A DNA stretch of 64,000 nucleotides, from NCBI GenBank assembly GCA_027493375.1, contig JAPVWO010000240.1:175-64174 (forward strand). The letters are read 5' to 3'. Below the pieces are notes generated by a model. That model was not told where the DNA came from and searched no databases. It was given only the letters and a program-made list of their open reading frames with translations. Numbering within the stretch: position 1 is the first letter of the stretch; each line of letters starts with the position of its first letter. A program made the translations under genes and the position numbers. This document shows positions 27,148-34,764 of this stretch, piece after piece. Source of the DNA: Candidatus Multivorans thiocomprendens (GTDB lineage Bacteria > Acidobacteriota > Thermoanaerobaculia > Multivoradales > Multivoraceae).

Positions 27148-28844
27148 CGCGTCTCTCCAGACAGCAGACGCCATCGGACCCCTCCGGTGGCCTGGACTCT
27201 CTCGACGGGGCCGCCTTCACGCATGTGCTTTGTCAGTTGGTGGGACACGACGCGCGCGGGGTTCTTCGAGTTCGTCCTCCACCCGCCGCCGACGATGGCG
27301 TCGGTGATCTCCTTCAAAGTTCTGGCGCCCTCCGCGCGGCGCAGGTACCTCAATGACGCCTCAAGCGGCGACAGCTCGGCATAGATCGGATACGGCAACG
27401 CGTGCCAACGTTGCTCCGCCTCGTCGAGTTCCCATTGAATCGTTCTGTTGTACTTGGCAACCGATCTCCAGTCGACACCCAGGTAGTCAAGCACTCTCAG
27501 CGTGAGAATGGCCTTGGCCTTTCTCAGCACTTTCGACAAGGAGAGGATGTCGTCGTCCAACGCGACGCCACCGTGGCTCCAGGGATGACGTACGCCAAGC
27601 AGCTTCGTGGAGACTTGGCACTTCCCGTTCGAGGACGGCGTCGAGACCTCTCGCTCAATCGGGTCGAACATGCGCCGGACCCTCTCACCCGTGGATCGTC
27701 CGTTCAGTATGGCTCTGATGGTTCCCGAGTAGACGCTGCCCCAGCCATGCTCCTCGAGAACTTGGTGGATCGTCTCCTGTGCCGTTGTCGGGAGCGGCTC
27801 GTAGGGGTTGTCGGCTTCTTCCAGAATCTGGCTGTACCACAGTTCTCCGGCGCCGCAGGCGGACACGATCCGGGTGTCGAGAAACGTGCTGGTGTCCATC
27901 AAGCTGTCCAGACGAAGGAGAGTGCCTTGCGCGGCGCGGGGAATCTCCAACCACCTGCGCAGCACCGCGGCGGGGTCGCCGACGACGCCCGCCTCCTTCG
28001 GGTCCGCCGTGAATAGCGCGTCGTACTGGACTTGGCTGGGGCGGTACGGTCGTTCGCTGCCTCGTCGCATTCCCTGCGTCACGACCTCGACGCTCTGGCC
28101 GTTCACCTCGACCATGAGTTGCCGGATCGCGCACGAGCGATCGAGGGAGAACCGAAGGAACAGATGAGCGTGGTGAACACCGTACCTTGCCTGGTCCCAC
28201 GGGGCTTCTCGATCCAGGTGCAACACCGCGTAGCCGGACTCCGCGACTTCATAGGCGTTGCCCTTCTCCGTGCTGAACCCCGCCAGAAGGCCCATCGTCA
28301 TTTGCGCGCTTCCCAATCCGTCGAGATCGGCCGCGGTGGTCACCGAGACCGAGGGTGGACGGAAGCTCTCGTAGCTGGAAGGGCCGGGGCCACCGGGATT
28401 CAGCCAGCCTTCGATGCCTTCGGCAACCCAACTGATCCGGCTGCACAGGAGTTCCTGGTCCGGTGCCAGGGCCACTCCTATGTAGGCGCTGTTGACGGTA
28501 AACACGACTTGTCGTGGCTGCTGCAGCACGCCGACCGTCAGGAGGTGGCAGTCGTCGAGTGTGACCTCGGCGTCCGTGACAGTTCGGCCGGAGACGGTCT
28601 TGCCGGAGACAACGCCGCTCAGGCGGCCGTGAGCCCCGTTGAGGTACCACGGGAGCGGCACGCTTGGAAGTGGCATGTCCAGGGCTTCGCCAGGGGAGCG
28701 GTAGTTCTGGTCCTGATTGATGACCTCAAGCTGCATTTCGCCGCTGGGTTCCATCGTCAGTCTGCCGGGGAGTTTCTCCGTGTCCTCGCCGGGGGGCCAG
28801 AACCAGCCGAGGAGTTCTTGAGACTTGGTGCCGGTGCGTGACAT
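27144..28844 (-). CDS. ApeA-like HEPN-domain protein with a C-terminal winged-helix (HARE-HTH-like) extension
   Basis: 566 aa. The N-terminus ELLGWFWPPGEDTEKLPGRLTMEPSGEMQLEV resembles the ApeA N-terminal domain pattern (G.FWLP....(G)xL....G...L). There are Rx4H candidates VRHPWSHGG (C-terminal half) and ARYGVHH. The tail RAEGARTLKEITDAIVGGGWRTNSKNPARVVSHQLTKHMREGGPVERV...VRWRL looks like a HARE-HTH. Codon usage is visibly AT-richer than the surrounding window. Confidence 0.55.
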   Translation of the reverse strand: MSRTGTKSQELLGWFWPPGEDTEKLPGRLTMEPSGEMQLEVINQDQNYRSPGEALDMPLPSVPLPWYLNGAHGRLSGVVSGKTVSGRTVTDAEVTLDDCHLLTVGVLQQPRQVVFTVNSAYIGVALAPDQELLCSRISWVAEGIEGWLNPGGPGPSSYESFRPPSVSVTTAADLDGLGSAQMTMGLLAGFSTEKGNAYEVAESGYAVLHLDREAPWDQARYGVHHAHLFLRFSLDRSCAIRQLMVEVNGQSVEVVTQGMRRGSERPYRPSQVQYDALFTADPKEAGVVGDPAAVLRRWLEIPRAAQGTLLRLDSLMDTSTFLDTRIVSACGAGELWYSQILEEADNPYEPLPTTAQETIHQVLEEHGWGSVYSGTIRAILNGRSTGERVRRMFDPIEREVSTPSSNGKCQVSTKLLGVRHPWSHGGVALDDDILSLSKVLRKAKAILTLRVLDYLGVDWRSVAKYNRTIQWELDEAEQRWHALPYPIYAELSPLEASLRYLRRAEGARTLKEITDAIVGGGWRTNSKNPARVVSHQLTKHMREGGPVERVQATGGVRWRLLSGETR

Positions 28845-29142
28845 GGGCGGGTAGAAGCAGAAGTGAGTGCTCGTGCTTGGAGGAGTGCTTGTGCCTGCCG
28901 ACTCAACCGCGATGCGCGCTGAAGGCGTCTGGCGGGACCTGCCGAAACGAGTAAAGGGACGCTCGCTGCAACCGCCCGGAGAGGCAAAGGAGAACCTCTG
29001 CCGGCTGGAGCGCGCTTCGGGGACGCGACCGCCGTTGCTTGTGCGCCGGTGGGTCTGGGTGCCGAGGCATCATCTGGTCGGCCATCGCGGCTCTGATTCT
29101 GCTTCTATGGGGTGAGGCTGTGCTCAAGCTGAAGCGGGCCTG

Positions 29143-30552
29143 TCACCGCTCCGGCAGCGTCGTCGTCGCTTCGCGCACGTCGAGCTTTCCGGTAACCACA
29201 TCGGCAATCAGGCGTTCGCGCCACTCCCGAAGAACGGCGGCCTGTCGGCGGGCACGGGCGGTGGCTGCGGTCGTCGTGGTCGTGACGTGGTGAACGAAAC
29301 GTGAGATGGCGGTCTGCTCGGCCTCGGGAGGGATGGCTATCGGTAGATCTCGCCAGCGCTCGGTTGGAAGCCTGCGAGTCCCGTGCCCTGCTTCGTCGAT
29401 CAGGGGAAAGAGGCCGTCATGAGCGCAATCGAGCAACGACGCCATGTAGGTTGCGTTGAGCGCCGCGCGGGGTCGCAGGGCCTTCATGTCCTGGTTGATC
29501 GTCACCGGTGCCGTCGTCCTGGCGATGGGCACTCTGCGGGCGAGGATCATCCCGCGGACCACCATGAGCACGGCGGGAGGTTGTATCAACCGAAGTGGGG
29601 TTTCGGCGAGCGCGGCCTCCGTGACCCGCAGGCGCGAATCGTGGATCACCATCGTCTTCATGTCCTTCGGAGTGACCCATGGAACATCGCCGTTCCAGAA
29701 GCGACGGTCTTCCATTCTGGGCGTCATTCCTCCCGAGATGGAGGCGCATTGCCGGATCTTCCTCACCTTCCAATGGGCCGGCTTGTGGCCCAACCACTCC
29801 GCGCCGGAGTCCTTGTAGGCCGGATAGGGCCGGCCGGTGCGCACATCGATCCGGCCGGTTACGGCCTGATCAATGACGGCCTGCTTCTGCTCCTCCAGCG
29901 TCGCGATCAGCTTCTCCTTGGCTCGGATGTACCGCCGGATGCGCCGGTCGAGGTAGTCGAGGAACCGAACGATTGCAGTCTGTTCTTCCGGCGGGGGAAT
30001 CGCGACAGGTACTGCCGACAACCTCGTTTCGGCGATTGCCGGGTATGCGACGCCCACCGACTGGGCCATGACACAGTCGGTGAAGGGCTGGCTGCGGCAC
30101 AGATGGCCGACGAAGGCGGGCTCGGTTTGCGCTCGGGGGGTAAGGACTGCAAAACCGGTTGAGGCGACAAGGTCGGTTCCTCTCGCCGCCACGTGCCAGA
30201 CTGCCTTCAGGTACGTTCTCACGGTGGAGACGATGGTGTCTCCGTTACGAAGGACACGCCTCGCTCTCGACGGAGAAGCGCCGAACCTCATGCGTACCGG
30301 TTCGCGAACCAGGACTCCTGTCTGGACTGCGCCAATGTCGATGTAGTGGAACTCGTAGTCGGGGTCGGTGTCCTCCGGGAGAACGGTCTGGTTCACCCGG
30401 AGCCAGTCCTTGATGCGCCGCACCTCCCAGTGCGCAGGCACATCCCCGAGCCACTCCACGCCGGAGGCCCTGGTCTCCACGTATGCGGGCAGATTTGGGA
30501 CGTTTGGGACCGTCGCCGCGTCGCCTTCAAGAAGCGGACCCGGTTGCATCAC
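29143..30552 (-). CDS. hsdS: type I restriction-modification specificity subunit S
   Basis: 469 aa. It has two target-recognition halves, each introduced by (G)xEWLG(D/H)(V/K)PAHW(E/K)VR(R/K)I. They are separated and terminated by the conserved helices IPPPEEQTAIVRFLDYLDRRIRRYI and IPPEAEQTAISRFV. Confidence 0.9.
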   Translation of the reverse strand: MMQPGPLLEGDAATVPNVPNLPAYVETRASGVEWLGDVPAHWEVRRIKDWLRVNQTVLPEDTDPDYEFHYIDIGAVQTGVLVREPVRMRFGASPSRARRVLRNGDTIVSTVRTYLKAVWHVAARGTDLVASTGFAVLTPRAQTEPAFVGHLCRSQPFTDCVMAQSVGVAYPAIAETRLSAVPVAIPPPEEQTAIVRFLDYLDRRIRRYIRAKEKLIATLEEQKQAVIDQAVTGRIDVRTGRPYPAYKDSGAEWLGHKPAHWKVRKIRQCASISGGMTPRMEDRRFWNGDVPWVTPKDMKTMVIHDSRLRVTEAALAETPLRLIQPPAVLMVVRGMILARRVPIARTTAPVTINQDMKALRPRAALNATYMASLLDCAHDGLFPLIDEAGHGTRRLPTERWRDLPIAIPPEAEQTAISRFVHHVTTTTTAATARARRQAAVLREWRERLIADVVTGKLDVREATTTLPER

Positions 30553-30798
30553 TACGCCGTCGCCGAGAGTCCGGGCGGTTGAAGTGGCGCGGTGTGGCGG
30601 GCTGCCACTCGCGACCGGCTCACGAGATCGCCCCCTTTCGTCGCGCCGGCTGGCCCAGCATCGCTACCCCTCCTGCGGCGCGTTACCCGAACGCGGGCCG
30701 CGAGTCCCGTTCCGCGTAGGGAGGGCGGGTCGACTTGCAACCGCGCACTTCCGCCGTGAGTCTCCCGCTGCAGCAGCCACGCTTGGCCGTTCAAGTTC

Positions 30799-31503
30799 CT
30801 ACGTTCCGGGGTCCGGAGGCGAGACGCCGAACTCGCTCGGCTTGACCTTGCGCGAACGCTCCCACACACGGCGGAGGATGGGGTCCGTGATCTCCAGGTT
30901 GTTCAGCCAGTCCACCCGCTCCTCGGGAGTCATGGCGTTCAGTTTCCGACTGATCCGGTCCCTCTGCTCGCGCTGGAAGGCGACGCAGTCGAAGCTCTTG
31001 TCGTTCGGGTCGCGAAAGTTCTCGCCCAGGATGGCCGGGGGCACGTACATCTCGACCCGGGGATGACCGAGTTCCCGGTTGACGGCGTTGAACCTGGGCC
31101 TGCGGTAGAAGTTCAGTAGGTGCTTGTGGTTCCAGTTCGCAAGCGTGTCGACGTTTGCGAGCGTGGCGAAGGCGACGTGCAGGCCGACGGAGCGCACGGC
31201 CGCGTCCACCGTGCCCGCCTCGACGTAACGGTCGGCGAGTTCCTCGGCTGCTGCCGACGGTTCCAGGAACTCCGAGTGCTCTTGCGGCACCGTGCCCGGC
31301 AGGCCTCTCGCGGCCTCGGTCGCCGCGTCCAACTCGCCCGCGACCGCACCCGACAGGACGAGGGTCATGTCGCCGGCACGGAACCGTTCGAGCAGCTCCC
31401 GGGACGACTCCCTGATCCAGTACCTCGCGTCCTCGCAGGCGGAGAACACGGAGGTGTCCACGTACACGCGGTACGGCCGTCGCTCGGACGAAGCGGAGGA
31501 CAT
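30799..31503 (-). CDS. PIN-like domain fused to a small helical antitoxin-like C-terminal domain
   Basis: 234 aa. The PIN-like part reads RVYVDTSVFSACED...GLHVAFATLANVDTLANWNHKHLLNFYRRPRFNAVNRELGHPRVEMYVPP. It runs without a stop into KSFDCVAFQREQRDRISRKLNAMTPEERVDWLN, a module that elsewhere occurs as a separate small protein (recalled from memory, not searched). Confidence 0.7.
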   Translation of the reverse strand: MSSASSERRPYRVYVDTSVFSACEDARYWIRESSRELLERFRAGDMTLVLSGAVAGELDAATEAARGLPGTVPQEHSEFLEPSAAAEELADRYVEAGTVDAAVRSVGLHVAFATLANVDTLANWNHKHLLNFYRRPRFNAVNRELGHPRVEMYVPPAILGENFRDPNDKSFDCVAFQREQRDRISRKLNAMTPEERVDWLNNLEITDPILRRVWERSRKVKPSEFGVSPPDPGT

Positions 31504-31589
31504 GGGTGTGGCGACTCTCAGCGCCTACAGGTTGTCGCTTCGCGCTGAGGCGCCCTCCGGCTCGGCCGGAGCGACGTGAGTGCCGTCGG

Positions 31590-32014
31590 TCATGCCGAGT
31601 GGCGGCGACCCTGGGAGAGTTGGTCCCGTGCGCTGGCATCGCGAGCCCGCAGGCGCTCGACCAAACGCCGTAGCTTCGGGTCTGTCGGCAGGTAGCTGCG
31701 CATCCAGGCGCCGATTTCCTCGCCGGACATGTTCTCGAACTTCTTCCCGAGCTTCTTCCGTTGGGCGCGCTGAAAGGCGACGCAGTCGAAGCTCTTTCCT
31801 CGGGCACGGTGTCGAGCACTTCCCTGACCCGCTTCGGGGCGTCGTTCAGTTCGTCTATCGTGAAGGGCGAGATCACGAGGCTCAATTCGCCTCGCCGGAA
31901 GCGCTCGAAGAGTCGCCGAGACGGCTCCCGAAACTCGTCCTCCTCGCAGCCGCCGAAGACGGAGGTGTCGACGTACACGCGGCGTGTCCTAGCCTCGGGC
32001 CGACCGGGCGCCAT
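31590..32014 (-). pseudogene. disrupted paralogue of the 30799..31503 PIN-plus-small-domain gene
   Basis: The ATG at 32014 gives MAPGRPEARTRRVYVDTSVFGGCEEDEFREPSRRLFERFRRGELSLVISPFTIDELNDAPKRVREVLDTVPEE. At about 31796-31798 homology jumps to another frame: KSFDCVAFQRAQRKKLGKKFENMSGEEIGAWMRSYLPTDPKLRRLVERL...*, with stop at 31590-31592. The second half of the PIN domain is absent. The block cgctg(a/g)aaggcgacgcagtcgaagctctt is shared with the intact copy. Confidence 0.55.
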
Positions 32015-33901
32015 GCCGCCCATGATCTCGGCCAGCAGGCCCTCGGTCTGCGTCTCCAGCGCCAGGATGTCGGCCTGGATCTCCGCCAGGGGCCGCATCG
32101 GTTCGGGCTTGTAGAAGTAGCGGTTGAAGCTGATCTCGTAGCCGGTCTTCACGGTCTCGGGGTTGTACCACGCGTCGGGTGCCCAGGGCAGGACCTCGCG
32201 CCGCAGGAAGGCCTCGATGCCGCCGTCCTCCTGGAGCGGGATCTGCTCGGTATCCCGCAGACTCGTGTCCGGCTCGTACTCGACGACGGCCGTCCGGCCG
32301 TCGACCTTCGCCTCGAACAGGCCGCGCAGCGGGTCGGCGGCGACTCCCCGCTGGTGGACCTTCCGGATCACCGGCGGCGCCTCGTCGGCGCGGACGCCGG
32401 AGGCCTTGAGTTCGCGGATCTCGGCAGCCTTGTAAGCGCGGCCTCCGTCGATTCCCTCGATGCGTAGCGGCCGCTCGACGGTGACCTTCCAGTAGCCGAA
32501 GGCTTCGTTGTCGAAGACCTTGCTCTCTTCGGTCTCCTCGAAGGCGAGGAAGACGTCGCAGATGCGGCCGATGTCCTCCGCGCCGAGTTCGCAGTTCTTC
32601 TTGCCGAGGTTCTTGCGGAGCGGCTGGAACCGCTTCGTGGCGTCGATGAGCTGCACCCTGCCCTGGCGATGCTCCGGCTTCCGGTTCGTCAGCACCCAGA
32701 CGTAGGTGGCGATGCCGGTGTTGTAGAACATGTTGAGCGGCAGAGCGACGACGGCCTCCAGCCAGTCGTTCTCGATGATCCAGCGGCGGATGTTGCTCTC
32801 GCCCTGGCCCGCGTCGCCGGTGAACAGGGAACTGCCGTTGTGGACCTCGGCGACCCGGCTGCCGAGCGGCGTGCTCCGCTTCATCTTGGCGAGCTTGTTG
32901 GCCAGGAACAGCATCTGGCCGTCGCTGCTGCGGGTGACGAGGGAGTACTCCGGGTCGCCGCCGTGCTCGATCAGGAAGCGCGGGTCGCGCATGTCCTTCT
33001 TGCCGCCCATGCGGGCGAGATCCGTCTTCCAGCTCTTGCCGTAGGGCGGGTTGGAGAGCATGAAGTCGAACTCGCGGGCCGGGAAGGCGTCGTTCGAGAG
33101 CGTGGAGTGCTCCGGTCCGCCGACGATGTTGTCGGCCGCTTGGCCCTCGCCCTTGAGCAACAGGTCGGCCTTGCAGATGGCGTAGGTCTCGGCGTTGATC
33201 TCCTGGCCGAAGAGGTGCGTGGAGACCTCCTTGCCGCGCTCGGCGGCGAGTCCCTGGAGCACGTCTTCGGCCACCGTGAGGATGCCGCCGGTGCCGCAGG
33301 CGCCGTCGTAGAGGGTGTAGGTGGCGGACCGGAGCCGGTCGGCCACGGGCAGGAAGACGAGGTTCGCCATCAGCTTGACCGCGTCGCGCGGAGTGAAGTG
33401 TTCGCCGGCCTCCTCGTTGTTCTCCTCGTTGAAGCGGCGGATCAGCTCCTCGAAGATCGAGCCCATGCCGTGGTTGTCGAGGCCTGGGTGCTTCACGGCG
33501 CCGTCGCCGTTCATCATCGGTTTGGGCCCCAGGTTGATGTCGGGCGAGGTGAGCTTCTCGATCAGCGTGCCGAGTGCGTCGGCCCTTGAGAGCCGCGGGA
33601 TCTGATTGCGGAACTCGAAGTTGTCGAGGATGTCCTGGACGTTCGGAGAGAAGCCGTCGAGCCAGGCCTCGAAGTCGGCCCGGAGCCGCTGCCGGCCGGC
33701 GCGGGCGCGCAGGTCGCGCAAGGTGTAGTTCACCTGCATGACGTGCTGCTTGCGCGGTTCCAGTACCGCGTCGAGCCGTCGCAGCAGGGTCATCGGCAGG
33801 ATGACGTCGCGGTACTTCCCGCGGACGTAGAGGTCGCGGAGCACGTCGTCGGCGATGCCCCAGATGTAGCCCGCGACCCAGTTCAGGGAGGCATTGTCCA
33901 C
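32015..33901 (-). CDS. hsdM: type I restriction-modification methyltransferase subunit M (no stop codon of its own)
   Basis: GTG at 33901 lies 1 nt after the vapC stop. The HsdM N-domain reads NWVAGYIWGIADDVLRDLYVRGKYRDVILPMTLLRRLDAVLEP. It has EHFTPRD, motif I YDGACGTGG and motif IV FMLSNPPYG. The C-terminus is ...ADILALETQTEGLLAEIMGG, after which the frame continues straight into the ATG of the PIN remnant. Confidence 0.9.
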
Positions 33902-33902
33902 C

Positions 33903-34340
33903 TCAGGTTTCCCACTCGGCCGGCGCCGCCTCAAGCCCGAGGGCGGCGGCGTTCGAGCGAATGCGACGGTCGAAGGTGAGGACCCGCAACTCCGTCCGGA
34001 ACTCGCGGACCCGGAGCGCGGTGGCCAGATGCAGTGCATCCAGGGTGCGGAGCGGTTCCCTTGGGAAGGGTTGTCGCGCGCGGTCCACGATGACGGCGCT
34101 GATCCGGAACACGCTCCACGAAGCCGTCGCTGCTTCGAGACGCGCGCGCGCCGCTTCAGAGCGCCGGGCGTTCAGGCGGCCGGCCGCTTTCGCTTGGTGG
34201 ATGCCGCGTTCGCACTCGAGGATCGTCAACTCCGAGGCGAAGATTGCAGTCGCGGAGTCAAGGAGACGGAGCGCTTCCTCCCCGGACGGTTCTCCAAACA
34301 ACCAGGAAAGGACCGCGCTGGTCTCGGCGTAGAGCGTCAC
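33903..34340 (-). CDS. vapC: PIN-domain toxin VapC
   Basis: 145 aa. It has a PIN layout (TLYAETSAVLSWL ... ASELTILE ... TLDALHLATAL ... VLTFDRR). The GTG start overlaps the Phd stop (GTGA). Confidence 0.85.
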   Translation of the reverse strand: MTLYAETSAVLSWLFGEPSGEEALRLLDSATAIFASELTILECERGIHQAKAAGRLNARRSEAARARLEAATASWSVFRISAVIVDRARQPFPREPLRTLDALHLATALRVREFRTELRVLTFDRRIRSNAAALGLEAAPAEWET

Positions 34341-34633
34341 CTCTCGCCGCGAACCGCGTCCAGGAGCGCCATCACTTCATCGTCCGGCCACCTCTCCTCC
34401 TTGGGCGGGCGCGTGTAGACCGCCGCCGAGTTCGGTCGCTTGGCTAGACGGACTTCCCCCGCCCGCGCCAGACGCAACAGTGCGTCGTCCGGGTCCAGGC
34501 CGTGCGGCGCGTGAGGCACCAGGTCGGCGACCGGTGCGCCGCGGCTGGTGACGGTGACCCGCTCGCCGGACTGGGCCATGCGCACGTATTCGCTGAGGCG
34601 GTTCTTCAATACGCGGATGCCGACGGTCGTCAT
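34337..34633 (-). CDS. Phd/YefM-type antitoxin
   Basis: 98 aa. MTTVGIRVLKNRLSEYVRMAQSGERVTVTSRGAPVADLVP is a canonical Phd/YefM N-terminus. It is the first gene of the minus-strand string leading into hsdM. Confidence 0.85.
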   Translation of the reverse strand: MTTVGIRVLKNRLSEYVRMAQSGERVTVTSRGAPVADLVPHAPHGLDPDDALLRLARAGEVRLAKRPNSAAVYTRPPKEERWPDDEVMALLDAVRGER

Positions 34634-34764
34634 GGGATCAATGTAGCTTCAACGGGGCCACACTGCAAGCGGGCCGACGATCTCCGGTCTCGCGGAGTCG
34701 CTGTCGGAGGGTTCGATGAGGCTATCGCCGGCTGCCGCGGAAGGCGCCGTCGGGGTTCCCGGGC

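Noticed and set aside
28852-29107. An 11-nt inverted repeat (tagaagcagaa / ttctgcttcta) bracketing the hsdS to HEPN-gene spacer, and the plus-strand ORF 28867..29115 preceded by GGAGGAG
   Set aside because: An 11-mer inverted match within 250 nt is not far from chance expectation in 64 kb. The ORF product (…RRWVWVPRHHLVGHRGSDS…) has no protein-like features or HTH. It may deserve a look as a controller or antisense element, but it is unsupported.
30620-30661. A strong AGGAGGGG-N6-ATG followed by only 13 codons (MLGQPARRKGAIS*) on the minus strand, 68 nt upstream of hsdS
   Set aside because: It could be a leader peptide or another decapitated gene start. A single short ORF with no conservation evidence is not enough.
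34634-34764. TACATT hexamer 6 nt upstream of the Phd ATG, suggesting a leaderless transcript for the island operon
   Set aside because: It rests on a single hexamer match without a convincing -35. It is speculative.
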